Below are positions 16,666 through 27,114 of a stretch of DNA of 64,000 nucleotides, piece by piece (within the stretch, counting starts at the first letter, position 1; the number at the start of each line of letters is the position of its first letter). This stretch comes from an uncultured Clostridia bacterium (GTDB lineage Bacteria > Bacillota > Clostridia > Oscillospirales > Ruminococcaceae), in assembly GCA_947628615.1 (NCBI GenBank), contig CANRAO010000002.1, positions 51,156 to 115,155 on the forward strand, read 5' to 3'. Made by a program: the position numbers and the translations under genes. The notes beneath the pieces are model-generated. The model was given only the letters and a program-made list of their open reading frames with translations, was not told the DNA's origin and did not search any database.

Positions 16666-16782
16666 CGCTGGTCTTACTTCTTGCTTCTTACCTCTTGCTT
16701 CTAGTTGCTAGCCTGCCGTTGTGCAAAGTAAACACATTTTGCAAACTTTTCAAAACAGCAGAGCCTCCGGCGGTTCGCCGGT
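16666..16782 (-). repeat. Intergenic repeat element, copy 1 (inverted relative to copy 2 at 44987-45109)
   Basis: An 84-nt core (16699-16782, reverse complement) matches 45026-45109 at ~82% by my count (69/84). An adjoining purine-rich arm also matches. It contains the hairpin ccggcg-aac-cgccgg. Confidence 0.7.
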
Positions 16783-16798
16783 GCAACGTCACCGTTGC

Positions 16799-16972
16799 CT
16801 AGTATTTTCTTTTACGAGCAGCTTCTGATTTCTTTTTTCTTCTCACAGAAGGCTTTTCATAGTGTTCTCTTTTACGAACTTCAGCAATAACCCCGTCCTT
16901 AGCGCAGCTTCTCTTAAAGCGTTTAAGAGCAGTATCCAAAGATTCGTTTTTTCCAACACGGATTTCTGCCAT
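16799..16972 (-). CDS. rpsU: 30S ribosomal protein S21
   Basis: Own translation: [67 protein letters not shown] 8 nt upstream. At 57 aa it falls below the ORF-track cut-off. Confidence 0.9.
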   Translation of the reverse strand: MAEIRVGKNESLDTALKRFKRSCAKDGVIAEVRKREHYEKPSVRRKKKSEAARKRKY

Positions 16973-17137
16973 GGTTAATTCCCTCCCTTTGTCACCAATA
17001 ACAGAGGCATTAATGCCGATGCAAAGAATTTAACAGATAGTGATAATGAAGGATTCCTACCCTTTTAGAGCTTTCAGACAAGCCCACACCTCTGTTTTAC
17101 CTATCAAATTCACCATTTCATCAGCTTAACAAAATAG

Positions 17138-17166
17138 ATTATACTATAACTTTTTTCAAAAGTCAA
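17138..17166 (-). promoter_or_regulatory. Consensus sigma-A promoter upstream of rpsU (TTGACT-17-TATAAT)
   Basis: Minus strand reads TTGACTtttgaaaaaagttatagTATAAT. It lies just downstream of the leuS stop and leaves a ~160-nt leader before rpsU. Confidence 0.75.
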
Positions 17167-17175
17167 GGGTTTATC

Positions 17176-19581
17176 TTATTTAACTACAATATTTACAAGT
17201 TTTCCTGGAACATATATTTCCTTTACAATATTTTTACCGCTGATAGCCGCACTAATTTTAGGCTCTGATTTTACTTTTGATATTACATCGTCCTTGTTCT
17301 CATCAACGCTTATAACAAGCTTAGCTTTGACCTTACCGTTGATCTGAGCGACAATCTCGATAGTATCGTCAACACAGAGCGACTCGTCATACTCGGGCCA
17401 TTTCTGCTCATTGAGCATACCGCCAAAGCCGACATTCTGATAAATTTCCTCGGTAATATGAGGTGCAAACGGGTTTAGCAGAATGATAAAGGTTTTAAGC
17501 TCAGCCCTATTTATCTGCTTTGTCGCATAAATATCATTTATAAGAGTCATAAGAGCCGCAATTGCCGTATTGAATTTAAGGTTTTCAATATCCTCAGAAA
17601 CCTTCTTAACGGTCTTGTGGAAAGACGCCTTCAATTCCTCACGGTAATCATCTCCGTCAATAAGCATATCCTGAAGAGCCCAAACTCTGTCGAGAAACCT
17701 CTTGCAGCCTTTTATTGATTTAGTACTCCACGGAGCGGTCTTTTCAAAGTCGCCGACAAACATCTCATAAAGACGCAGAGAATCAGCACCGTATTCATTC
17801 ACAACATCATCAGGGTTTATAACATTCCCCCTAGACTTAGACATCTTTTGTCCGTCCTCACCTAAAATCATACCGTGAGAAGTTCTTCTCATATACGGTT
17901 CTTTGGTGGTAACAGCACCCAGATCATACAAAAACTTATGCCAGAACCTCGAATATAAGAGATGAAGCGTTGTATGCTCCATTCCTCCGTTATACCAGTC
18001 TACGGGCATCCAGTAATTAAGAGCTTCTTTAGACGCAAGCTCATTGTCATTGTGAGGGTCGCAGTATCTTAAAAAATACCAAGACGAGCCTGCCCACTGA
18101 GGCATAGTATCTGTTTCTCTTTTAGCAGGTCCTCCGCAGTGAGGACAAGTGGTATTAATAAAGCTGTCAAGTGTTGAAAGCGGCGATTCGCCGTTATCGG
18201 TCGGCATATAGCTTTCAACTTCCGGCAAAGTTAAAGGCAGTTCACTTTCAGGAATAGGCACATAACCGCACTTGTCGCAATAAACTATAGGAATAGGCTC
18301 TCCCCAATATCTTTGGCGTGAAAATACCCAGTCACGCAGCTTGTAGTTTACCTTTTTCTTGCCCTTGCCTGTTTCCTCCAGCCAGTCTTTGATTTTCACC
18401 TTAGCTTCCTCAACTGATAGTCCGTCCAAAAATCCGGAGTTTGTCATTATTCCGGTTGCACAGTCAGTAAAGGCTTCTTTAGTTACATCTCCGCCTTTAA
18501 CTACTTCAATTATAGGAAGATCAAATACCTTGGCAAAGTCATAGTCACGGGTATCGTGTGCAGGAACAGCCATAATTGCACCTGTTCCGTAGCCCATCAA
18601 TACATAGTCGGAAATAAAAATAGGGATCTCTCTGCCGTTGACAGGGTTAATTGCATAAACACCGTCTAACTTAACTCCCGTTTTTTCCTTAGCCATTTCT
18701 GTTCTCTCAAAGTCAGATTTTCTTGCCGACTTTTCCTGATATTCGTGAATAGCGTCGTTGTTTTTGAGTTTAGACGCCCACTTCTTTAAAATTGGATGTT
18801 CAGGAGAAATAACCATATATGTTGCACCGAAAAGCGTGTCGGGACGGGTAGTATAAACAGTTAGTATATCGCCCTCAGATGTCGTAAAGTCGACCTCTGC
18901 ACCCTCAGAGCGTCCTATCCAGTTTTTCTGGGTAGTCTTTATTTTTTCAAGGTAATTGACTTCTGATAAATCGTCAATTAGTCTTTGAGCATATTCGGTA
19001 ATTTTCAGCATCCACTGGCTCTTGACCTTGTGAACTACCTCTCCTCCGCAGCGCTCGCAAACACCGCCTACAACCTCTTCGTTTGCCAGAACAACCTTGC
19101 AGGAAGTACACCAGTTTACTGCCATTTCACTCTTATACGCAAGACCCTTCTTAAAAAGCTGAATAAAGATCCACTGAGTCCATTTAAAATAATCAGGGTC
19201 GGTCGTATTCACCTCTCTGTCCCAGTCAAATGACAGACCCAGCATTTTAAGCTGGCCCTTAAATCTTTCAATGTTTTTCTTCGTTACAACTGCCGGATGA
19301 ATCTTATTTTTAATTGCAAAGTTCTCTGTAGGCAGTCCGAAAGCGTCCCAACCCATAGGGAAAAGAACGTTATACCCTTGCAGTCTTTTCTTTCTTGAAA
19401 CAATATCCATTGCCGTATACGGACGGGGATGTCCTATATGTAACCCCTGTCCCGACGGATATGGAAACTCAACAAGCGCATAATACTTAGGCTTTGAATA
19501 ATCATCTGAAGCCACAAACGTCTTGTTTTCGTCCCATATATCCTGCCATTTTTTTTCAATCTCTTTAAAATTGTAATCCAT
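17176..19581 (-). CDS. leuS: Leucine--tRNA ligase
   Basis: [13 protein letters not shown].. N-terminus, HIGH-type motif (GLHIGHPR) and KMSKS motif (QKMSKSRGN). The ORF track starts at a GTG two codons upstream (19587). Confidence 0.95.
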   Translation of the reverse strand: MDYNFKEIEKKWQDIWDENKTFVASDDYSKPKYYALVEFPYPSGQGLHIGHPRPYTAMDIVSRKKRLQGYNVLFPMGWDAFGLPTENFAIKNKIHPAVVTKKNIERFKGQLKMLGLSFDWDREVNTTDPDYFKWTQWIFIQLFKKGLAYKSEMAVNWCTSCKVVLANEEVVGGVCERCGGEVVHKVKSQWMLKITEYAQRLIDDLSEVNYLEKIKTTQKNWIGRSEGAEVDFTTSEGDILTVYTTRPDTLFGATYMVISPEHPILKKWASKLKNNDAIHEYQEKSARKSDFERTEMAKEKTGVKLDGVYAINPVNGREIPIFISDYVLMGYGTGAIMAVPAHDTRDYDFAKVFDLPIIEVVKGGDVTKEAFTDCATGIMTNSGFLDGLSVEEAKVKIKDWLEETGKGKKKVNYKLRDWVFSRQRYWGEPIPIVYCDKCGYVPIPESELPLTLPEVESYMPTDNGESPLSTLDSFINTTCPHCGGPAKRETDTMPQWAGSSWYFLRYCDPHNDNELASKEALNYWMPVDWYNGGMEHTTLHLLYSRFWHKFLYDLGAVTTKEPYMRRTSHGMILGEDGQKMSKSRGNVINPDDVVNEYGADSLRLYEMFVGDFEKTAPWSTKSIKGCKRFLDRVWALQDMLIDGDDYREELKASFHKTVKKVSEDIENLKFNTAIAALMTLINDIYATKQINRAELKTFIILLNPFAPHITEEIYQNVGFGGMLNEQKWPEYDESLCVDDTIEIVAQINGKVKAKLVISVDENKDDVISKVKSEPKISAAISGKNIVKEIYVPGKLVNIVVK

Positions 19582-19665
19582 TTCCACTTCAATCCTTTAT
19601 ATAGTTTTATCTGTCTAAAAGCGTTTAGCTTTTCTGTCAAATATTAATTAATATATCACTAAACA

Positions 19666-20022
19666 TTATTGGGTTAAATATTCCGAGACGTCAATATGTT
19701 CTCCGTCTGCCCAAAGACGCTCAAGATTATAATGCTCTCTTGTTTCTTTATAAAAAACATGAACAACAACATCGCCGTAATCTATAATTATCCAGTTAGC
19801 GTTTCTCTCGCCCTCAATTCTCAAAGGCTCTGCTCCCTGCTGCTTCATTTTAAATTCTACCTCGTCAGCCAATGCTCTTGTCTGTGTTGTTGACGTACCG
19901 TTTGCTATTATAAAATAATCGGCAATTATAGTCAGATCACTGATTTTTATTGCCTGTATATCCTCTGCTTTTTTTGCGTCCAAAGTTTTAATGATAAGAT
20001 CCAGCTTTTCATCAAGAGTCAT
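19666..20022 (-). CDS. rsfS: Ribosome silencing factor RsfS
   Basis: 118 aa with the iojap-family pattern ADYFIIANGTSTTQTRALADEV..WIIIDYGDVVVHVF. It sits in the conserved nadD-yqeK-rsfS context. Confidence 0.9.
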   Translation of the reverse strand: MTLDEKLDLIIKTLDAKKAEDIQAIKISDLTIIADYFIIANGTSTTQTRALADEVEFKMKQQGAEPLRIEGERNANWIIIDYGDVVVHVFYKETREHYNLERLWADGEHIDVSEYLTQ

Positions 20023-20037
20023 TTACACTTCTCCTTT

Positions 20038-20652
20038 TTACTTCTTACTTTTTAATTTACCTATATATTCATTATACGCCGAAAGCGTTGATTTTACTAT
20101 TTTGCACTCTTTGTTCACAGTGCTTTTAATTGAGTACTTTAACGCCTCCAGCATTCCTATATCCAGATCCTTTTGTGCGAGCTTTCTGTACTTTTTTACA
20201 TCGCTGTAAGTTCGGTCGACCGATACCAGATCTGCAAGATATACTATCTTTTCAAGCGTTGACATACCCTCTCTGCCGACTGTGTGATACCTGACTGCAT
20301 TCTGTATATCTACATCAATAATTTTAAACTCCTCTTCAATGAATACAGAACCCGCAACAGCGTGATACAAAGCCTTTGATGTCATTTCAGTATCGTCAAT
20401 AAAAGTTTTGCATCTCGACATAAGCTCAAGTTGCTTTTTAATGCTGTCCTCTTTGCAAATGTCGTGTACAAGACCTGCAATATATGCTCTTTTTTCATCA
20501 TAATTATTCTTTTTTGCCAAAGCCTTAGCTTCATTTGCCACGCATATAGAATGATGATAACGACTTTTGCTGAGCTTTTTTTTCAAACAGCTTTTATAAT
20601 ATTTTATTCTTTCATCAAAATCTGAATCATCTAAATCAACAAAATCCGTCAA
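20038..20652 (-). CDS. yqeK: HD-domain bis(5'-nucleosyl)-tetraphosphatase YqeK
   Basis: HD motifs (RYHHSICVANEA, GLVHDICK). It overlaps the nadD stop, which is the typical arrangement. Confidence 0.85.
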   Translation of the reverse strand: MTDFVDLDDSDFDERIKYYKSCLKKKLSKSRYHHSICVANEAKALAKKNNYDEKRAYIAGLVHDICKEDSIKKQLELMSRCKTFIDDTEMTSKALYHAVAGSVFIEEEFKIIDVDIQNAVRYHTVGREGMSTLEKIVYLADLVSVDRTYSDVKKYRKLAQKDLDIGMLEALKYSIKSTVNKECKIVKSTLSAYNEYIGKLKSKK

Positions 20653-21271
20653 TATACAAATTCCTTTCCAGAATGTATTTTACTACCTTTTCGTCTAAAT
20701 AGCAAGTCAGTTTTTCAAAATCCTTATCATCAATTGCCTTTCTGATCTCTGTTGATGATATTTCAAGAGGCTCTGCCGGCACTATTATGACCTCTCCTCC
20801 AAGCTTAATAAGTTCATCTGCGTATAATTCCAACTCGCTTGTATCCCTATCACATCTGCTTAAACAAACCAATGTGCAAATACTGAGTATCTCTTTGAAC
20901 TTATACCAATCTTTAAAACAAAGAAGCATATCGCTTCCCATTATAAAATTAAGTCTGTATTCTTTATCAGAGTACTGCTTTTTAAGTTCTTTAAGAGTAT
21001 CAATTGTATAGCTTTTTCCCTCTCTTTTTAGCTCAATATCGCTTATGCATATATCTTCACAGCTTATGCTGTTATCTCCAATCGACATCTCTATCATTTT
21101 TATTCTGTCTTGCTCACTAGCTAAAAATTCTGCTTCCTTATGCGGAGGTATCTTTGATGGAATTATTACAATTCTATCAAAATGTATAGCCTTTGAAGCC
21201 TCACAAATAAGCCTTTTATGACCTTTATGAAACGGATTGAATGTTCCGCCGAAAACAGCAATATTTTTCAT
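20636..21271 (-). CDS. nadD: Nicotinate-nucleotide adenylyltransferase
   Basis: MKNIAVFGGTFNPFHKGH (the (H/T)xGH nucleotidyltransferase motif). The ORF track starts 4 codons upstream, at 21283. Confidence 0.9.
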   Translation of the reverse strand: MKNIAVFGGTFNPFHKGHKRLICEASKAIHFDRIVIIPSKIPPHKEAEFLASEQDRIKMIEMSIGDNSISCEDICISDIELKREGKSYTIDTLKELKKQYSDKEYRLNFIMGSDMLLCFKDWYKFKEILSICTLVCLSRCDRDTSELELYADELIKLGGEVIIVPAEPLEISSTEIRKAIDDKDFEKLTCYLDEKVVKYILERNLYIDGFC

Positions 21272-21327
21272 ATCAATTACCATTCCTTATTGGAATTTAT
21301 ACTTTTAAATCTACCCGCCTCAAAGTA

Positions 21328-21618
21328 TTACGGCAGCTTAATAACAGGCTCTTTGTCGTTTTTCTTATACAAAATCCCGATTGAGCCTATAACCTGAACA
21401 ACATCCGCTTCTATCGCCTGTGCGATTTCAGCAGTCGCCTCCTTTGCAGTATACAGAGAATTGTCAAGCACCCGAATTTTCATAATCTCATGAACTCTGA
21501 GGTAATCGTCCACCTGACTAATCTGCGTTGCAGAAAGCCCGCCTTTACCTATCTGGAACACGGGATTCAGCTTATTAGAAATGCTTTTTAAATATGCCCT
21601 TTGCTTTGAATTAAGCAT
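21328..21618 (-). CDS. yhbY: RNA-binding CRM-domain protein YhbY
   Basis: LNSKQRAYLKSISNKLNPVFQIGKGGLS is typical of the YhbY/CRS1 family. 96 aa. Confidence 0.85.
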   Translation of the reverse strand: MLNSKQRAYLKSISNKLNPVFQIGKGGLSATQISQVDDYLRVHEIMKIRVLDNSLYTAKEATAEIAQAIEADVVQVIGSIGILYKKNDKEPVIKLP

Positions 21619-21652
21619 TTATATAAACATCTACCTTTCTGATTTAATAACT

Positions 21653-22222
21653 CTATAAAATCTTCAATAACTCTTTTATTGCATTTCCCCTGTGAGAAAT
21701 GCTGTTCTTTTCATCTTCGCTCATCTGAGCCAGAGTTCTGTCTTTGTAAACAAATATAGGGTCATACCCAAAACCGTTTGTTCCCTTTTCATCATAACCT
21801 ATTTTGCCCTCGCAAGTACCTCTGACGGTCTCTATCTCACCGTTATCACGAATAAGACAAATTGTACAGACAAACCTTGCAGTACGCTTTTCATCATCAA
21901 CTCCGTCAAGCTGCTCTAATATTCTCATATTTCTCTCATGAGGAGTTTTTAATCCCTCATACCGAGCCGAATATATTCCCGGCTTTTTATCAAGTGCGTC
22001 AACTTCAAGTCCGCTGTCGTCTGCTATTACATAAGTTTTAGAAATATCATAAACTGCCTTTGCTTTCAAAACAGCATTTTCGGCAAAGTCAGCTCCTGTT
22101 TCCTCAACCTCAATATCTATCCCTGCCTCCGACTGGGAAACGACATCAAAACCCAAAGGCGATAAAATCTCCTTGAACTCCTTTACCTTACCCTTATTAT
22201 TTGTTGCCAGAATAAGTTTCAT
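21653..22222 (-). CDS. rdgB: Non-canonical purine NTP (XTP/dITP) pyrophosphatase, RdgB/HAM1 family
   Basis: KLILATNNKGKVKEFKEIL .. GFGYDPIF .. SHRGNA motifs. Confidence 0.9.
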   Translation of the reverse strand: MKLILATNNKGKVKEFKEILSPLGFDVVSQSEAGIDIEVEETGADFAENAVLKAKAVYDISKTYVIADDSGLEVDALDKKPGIYSARYEGLKTPHERNMRILEQLDGVDDEKRTARFVCTICLIRDNGEIETVRGTCEGKIGYDEKGTNGFGYDPIFVYKDRTLAQMSEDEKNSISHRGNAIKELLKIL

Positions 22223-22578
22223 TACTTAACTTTTTCCTCCCACTGATTTTCCTTAAAGCCTACAAATACAAAATCATCGCCTATAAGTAACGGTCTTTTA
22301 ACAAGCATACCATCACTCGATAATAGCTTTAACTTTTCGTCGTCTGACATATCATCAAGCTTATCCTTTAAACCCATTTCGCGATAAAGAATCCCGCTTG
22401 TGTTGAAAAACCTTTTTAAATCAAGACCCGATTTATCATACCACTCCTTAAGCTCATCAAAGGTTGGATTTTCCTCTTTGATATGGCGGTCTGTATATTT
22501 AGCACCCTTAGCATCTAAAAATGCCTTTGCTCTTTTACAAGTAGTGCATTTAGGGTATTCTACAAATAATAAACTCAT
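22222..22578 (-). CDS. ArsC/Spx/MgsR-family protein (YffB-like)
   Basis: 118 aa with N-terminal YPKCTTCKRAKAFL and LVKRPLL, an ArsC-family thioredoxin-like fold signature. Confidence 0.75.
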   Translation of the reverse strand: MSLLFVEYPKCTTCKRAKAFLDAKGAKYTDRHIKEENPTFDELKEWYDKSGLDLKRFFNTSGILYREMGLKDKLDDMSDDEKLKLLSSDGMLVKRPLLIGDDFVFVGFKENQWEEKVK

Positions 22579-22590
22579 ATTAATCCTCCT

Positions 22591-23496
22591 TTATTCAAAT
22601 AAAGCGTCAACAAACTCCCGTGAATTAAACGGCTCAATATCATCTATCCCCTCGCCAACAGTTACCAGCTTAACGGGAATTTTTAAATCCTCTGTGATTG
22701 AAATGATAATTCCGCCTTTAGCAGTGCCGTCCAGCTTTGTAAGAATAATTCCCGTAATGTCAGCGACTTCGTTAAACTGCTTTGCCTGATTAACTGCATT
22801 CTGTCCGGTAGTTGCATCTAATGTGAGAAGAACCTCCAGAGAACACCCGTCTGCCTGTTCGTGAACTATTCTTGAAATCTTTTTTAGCTCATCCATAAGA
22901 TTTTTCTTGTTGTGAAGCCTTCCTGCCGTATCGCATATGACCACATCAACCGAACGTGCTTTTGCGGCAGTCAAAGCGTCGAAAACCACTGCGGCGGGAT
23001 CCGAGCCTTCCTTTTGTTTTATTATCGGCACACCCGCTCTTTGCGTCCATACCTCAAGCTGTTCAATAGCGGCGGCACGGAATGTATCTGCTGCGGCAAC
23101 AAGAACCTTTTTGCCGTCGTTTCTAAGCTGATTTGCAAGCTTTCCTATCGTTGTGGTCTTTCCTACTCCGTTTACTCCGATAACCAGTATAACAGACGGC
23201 TTTGTAGAAAGATCAAGCTCTTTTTCCTCACCCAGCATATCAGAAATAACTTCTTTCAGCAAATCCTTTATCATTGCAGGATCGGTTATGCCCTGCGTTT
23301 TAACACGTTCTCTAAGCTCGTCGCATATTCTCATTGAAGTGTTTACACCAATGTCGCACATAATCAGCGTTTCCTCAAGCTCTTCAAAAAGTTCCTCATC
23401 TATTTTTGTAAACACTCCAAGCAGTGCATTTATTTTTCCCAAAAATGCACTGTTAGTTTTAGATAATCCCGATTTCAGTTTTTTAAATAAACCCAT
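22591..23496 (-). CDS. ftsY: Signal recognition particle receptor FtsY
   Basis: NG domain with GVNGVGKTTTIGKLA, DTAGR and TKLDGTAKGG motifs. Confidence 0.95.
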   Translation of the reverse strand: MGLFKKLKSGLSKTNSAFLGKINALLGVFTKIDEELFEELEETLIMCDIGVNTSMRICDELRERVKTQGITDPAMIKDLLKEVISDMLGEEKELDLSTKPSVILVIGVNGVGKTTTIGKLANQLRNDGKKVLVAAADTFRAAAIEQLEVWTQRAGVPIIKQKEGSDPAAVVFDALTAAKARSVDVVICDTAGRLHNKKNLMDELKKISRIVHEQADGCSLEVLLTLDATTGQNAVNQAKQFNEVADITGIILTKLDGTAKGGIIISITEDLKIPVKLVTVGEGIDDIEPFNSREFVDALFE

Positions 23497-23521
23497 AGTA
23501 AATTCACCTGTATATTTGATA

Positions 23522-26500
23522 TTATTCGATTTCTAATTGCTGCCCTACTTCCATTTTGAGCAGCTTAGAAACTCCCTTTTCCTGCATAGTAACACCGTAA
23601 AGAATATCGCATTCTTCCATTGTTCCACGCCTGTGAGTGATAAGTATAAATTGAGTTTTATCCGTGAAGTTTCTCAGATACTGTGCGTATTTCGTAACAT
23701 TTACATCATCAAGTGCCGCTTCAATCTCATCAAGAATGCAAAACGGCGACGGCTTTATTTTAAGTATCGAAAAGTAAATTGCAATTGCGACAAACGCCTG
23801 CTCTCCGCCCGATAAACTCATAAGGTTTTTGATAACCTTTCCCGGAGGTGCAACCTTAATTTCAATTCCCGATTCAAGTATGTTTTCAGGATCAGATAAA
23901 ACCAGCTCTGCCGCTCCGCCTCCAAAAAGTTCTACGAATATCTTCTTGAAATTATCATTAATTTTATTAAAGCTGTCTGAGAAAATAACCTTCATATTTT
24001 CAGTTAGCTCGTCAATCAGCTTTTCAAGCTCGTTTTTAGACTTAACAACATCTCCAAGCTGAGCCTTCATAAACTCATACCGCTTTGAAACCTCAGTATA
24101 TTCGTCTATAGCATCAAGATTAACTGAACCCAAAGCCTTCATTCTATTCTTTATAGAATTAAGCTCCTTATTTGCCTCTGTTTTATCATCAACAGGCTTA
24201 GCCTCAGCCACTGCCTCGCTTCGTGTAAGTTCATATTCCTCATAAAGCTGTGAAATGATTTTATCAAACTCTGTTTGGTAAGTAACCTTTTTCTCAGAAC
24301 CTCTTTCAAGCTCACGGGATATGTTTTCACGCTCATCTATCTTTATTTTCTGATAAGCTCTCTGCTTAGCGCTTCTTGCGTCATATTCCTGATAAGCTGA
24401 CTGCTCTTTTCTTATTTCAGCATTATACCTGTCTATTATATCCTTAGAATCTGTAATACCGTTTCTTATATTGTCGATTGACTTTTTCTTTTCCTCGATC
24501 TGCGCTTTGCTTTCAAGTATCTGTAAATCAAGCCTTGTCTTTACATCGCCGGCATTTCTTGCGGATTCCTTCAACTGCTCAATAGAAAGCATAACTGCCT
24601 GCTCATCACGTTCAAGCTCAATAATATTGATTTTCTGCTCCGAAAGCCTTTCAGATAGTGCCTGTCTGCCCTCTTTAAAGCTCTGGATTTTCGACTGCGT
24701 TTCATCTAAATTCTTTTCTTTTTCGGCTATCTGAATATTAACAGTCTCAAGCTCGCTTTTAGCGTTTTCATAGCTTTCCTGAGAAGACGTTATTTTCATC
24801 TTTAGCGCTTCGATCTGATTTTCAGCATCGCTTAATTTATCATCATAGCTGATACCCAGATCATTTAAGCGGTTCAACTCTCCCTCAAAGCGAACCTTAT
24901 CGGTTATATGCTCTGATAAAAGCTCTTTTTCACCTTCAATATCAAGTCTCAGCTTGTTTACCTCTTGCTTCAGACTTTCAAATTTTTGCGAAAGTTCTGC
25001 CGTTTCATTCTCCAGAGCCGATATTTCTATCTTGATCTCTTCAATCTCATTTTTTCTTGTCAGTATTCCCGTTGAACGTGAAACGCTTCCTCCGGTGAAC
25101 GAACCTCCGGCATTGATGACCTGTCCGTCAAGAGTGCATATTTTAAATCTGTAACCGTACTTTTTAGCTATCAAAGCAGCAAGATCAATATTCTCAGCAA
25201 TAACAATTCTTCCGAGAAGTGATTGTATTATGCCCGAAAACCTGTCATCAGCAGAAACAAGATCGCTTGCTATTGCAACAAATCCCTCGCAGCTTTCAAA
25301 TCCGCTTTCTTTGAACTCTCTTGGCTTGACTGACGTTATTGGCAAAAAAGTAGCTCTGCCCGAACGCGTCTCCTTTAAGTGCCTTATAGAACGCTTTGCA
25401 GTATCCTCATTATCAACTATTATATACTGCATAGCTCCGCCGAGTGCCGTTTCAATAGCAGTAGAATACCGCCCCTCAACTGTTATAAGCTGTGCAACAG
25501 AACCAAATATGCCCTTGATCTGTCCGTGCTTTTTAGCCTTAATTATCTGCTTTACAGAATTTGCAAAGCCCTCCATAGAATTTTCAAGGTCATTTAAAAG
25601 ATTTACTTTTCCTCTTAGCTCTCTGAGCCTTATTTCTTTTTTTGTATAGCTTTCTCTTGCTTCATTCAAAGCTTTTGTTTTTGACTCGTTTAACTTTGTA
25701 ATGCCTGCTATTCTATTGTTAAACTCTGAAATTTTTTCTTCAGCTTCTCCAATTGCCTTTTGTATCTCTTTCTTTTCATCATTGTTTTCTGCAATCAGCT
25801 TTTCTGCGTTTTCAATATAGGCTTTTCCCTCTTCAATCAGCTTTTTATTATCATCAATAGCTGACAAACTGCTTTCTACAGTAAATGCAAGCTCCGACTT
25901 CTTTATATAAAGAGCATTTATCTCACTGCCCTTGTCGCTTATACTTTTGTCAATTTCATCAGACTTTACTGTAAGCCCCGAGAGCTCTGCTTCAGTTGAT
26001 TCTATTTCCCTGCTGACAGATGACTTCTTCTCTGCAATTTTTGTTAGCTCTGCTTCTTTTTGATTGATTTGCTCTTTGAATTCACTATCGTTGCTCTGAG
26101 TTTTTAATATCTGCTCTTCTATACTCTTTATTGACTTATTGATATGTTCAATGTCGTTTTCCAAAACGGCAATTTTAGAATTAGCCTCACTGCTCTCAAG
26201 CTCAGTGTTATGAATAAGCTCCCTTAACTCATCAATGCGCTCATTACATTTAGCACGTTTTAAATTGTTCTCATCAATATTTTCATCTATCTCGTCGAGC
26301 TCACGGGTAAGAGCTTCATATTCAGCAGTGCATGAAAGAATTTTTTCCTCTAAACCTGACAGAGTAGTTGTTATCTCATCGAGCTTAGATACCCACAGAG
26401 AGACCTCCAGTGCCTTTCTCTCATCTCTCAGCACAAGATACTTCTTTGCCTTTTCAGACTGGCTTTTTAACGGCCCGACACGTCCTTCAAGTTCTCCTAA

Positions 26501-27082
26501 AATATCTGTGAGCCTCAGTATGTTATCCTCAGACGCTGCCAATTTCCTTTCAGCCTCTGCCTTTTTATATCTGAACTTAGATATTCCTGCCGCTTCTTCA
26601 AATATCTCACGGCGTTCACTAGATTTTCCTGATACTATATCAGCTATTCTTCCCTGACCTATAATTGAATATCCGTCTCTGCCGAGACCTGTGTCCATAA
26701 AAAGCTCAAGAATATCTTTGAGCCTTACCTGATCGCCGTTTAATATGTATTCGCTGTCTCCGTTTCGGTACAGCTTTCTCGTAACAGAAACAAGATCGTT
26801 TTCTATATCAAGCGATCTGTCTGTATTGTCTATATTCAAGGTAACTGACGCAAATCCAACCGATTTTCTCATCTGAGTTCCTGCAAAGATGACGTCCTCC
26901 ATCTTTCCGCCTCTCAGGCTTTTTGAAGACTGCTCTCCAAGAACCCAGCGTACAGCGTCGCCGATATTGGATTTTCCGCTGCCGTTAGGACCAACAACTC
27001 CCGTTAAGCCCTTATTGAAATCAAGCACGATTTTATCCGGAAAAGACTTAAATCCGTGCATCTCAAGTGATTTTAAATACAT
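23522..27082 (-). CDS. smc: Chromosome partition protein Smc
   Basis: 1186 aa. N-terminal Walker A (GPNGSGKSN), long coiled coils, hinge, and C-terminal LSGGE / Walker B (ILDEIEAALD). Confidence 0.95.
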   Translation of the reverse strand: MYLKSLEMHGFKSFPDKIVLDFNKGLTGVVGPNGSGKSNIGDAVRWVLGEQSSKSLRGGKMEDVIFAGTQMRKSVGFASVTLNIDNTDRSLDIENDLVSVTRKLYRNGDSEYILNGDQVRLKDILELFMDTGLGRDGYSIIGQGRIADIVSGKSSERREIFEEAAGISKFRYKKAEAERKLAASEDNILRLTDILGELEGRVGPLKSQSEKAKKYLVLRDERKALEVSLWVSKLDEITTTLSGLEEKILSCTAEYEALTRELDEIDENIDENNLKRAKCNERIDELRELIHNTELESSEANSKIAVLENDIEHINKSIKSIEEQILKTQSNDSEFKEQINQKEAELTKIAEKKSSVSREIESTEAELSGLTVKSDEIDKSISDKGSEINALYIKKSELAFTVESSLSAIDDNKKLIEEGKAYIENAEKLIAENNDEKKEIQKAIGEAEEKISEFNNRIAGITKLNESKTKALNEARESYTKKEIRLRELRGKVNLLNDLENSMEGFANSVKQIIKAKKHGQIKGIFGSVAQLITVEGRYSTAIETALGGAMQYIIVDNEDTAKRSIRHLKETRSGRATFLPITSVKPREFKESGFESCEGFVAIASDLVSADDRFSGIIQSLLGRIVIAENIDLAALIAKKYGYRFKICTLDGQVINAGGSFTGGSVSRSTGILTRKNEIEEIKIEISALENETAELSQKFESLKQEVNKLRLDIEGEKELLSEHITDKVRFEGELNRLNDLGISYDDKLSDAENQIEALKMKITSSQESYENAKSELETVNIQIAEKEKNLDETQSKIQSFKEGRQALSERLSEQKINIIELERDEQAVMLSIEQLKESARNAGDVKTRLDLQILESKAQIEEKKKSIDNIRNGITDSKDIIDRYNAEIRKEQSAYQEYDARSAKQRAYQKIKIDERENISRELERGSEKKVTYQTEFDKIISQLYEEYELTRSEAVAEAKPVDDKTEANKELNSIKNRMKALGSVNLDAIDEYTEVSKRYEFMKAQLGDVVKSKNELEKLIDELTENMKVIFSDSFNKINDNFKKIFVELFGGGAAELVLSDPENILESGIEIKVAPPGKVIKNLMSLSGGEQAFVAIAIYFSILKIKPSPFCILDEIEAALDDVNVTKYAQYLRNFTDKTQFILITHRRGTMEECDILYGVTMQEKGVSKLLKMEVGQQLEIE

Positions 27083-27114
27083 ATATAATACGCCTTTCTG
27101 AATCTTATATATCC

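Noticed and set aside
19582-19665. Looked for a T-box leader upstream of leuS.
   Set aside because: Only ~80 nt separate rsfS and leuS, too short for a T-box, and I saw no specifier or T-box sequence. leuS appears to be co-transcribed with nadD-yqeK-rsfS.
22400-27101. Numerous 60-140-aa + strand ORFs inside ftsY and smc. Analogous ones sit inside plsX, trmFO, topA, addA, addB and pyrD.
   Set aside because: They are antisense to strongly supported conserved genes, have no RBS, and have S/F/L-rich shadow-frame composition.
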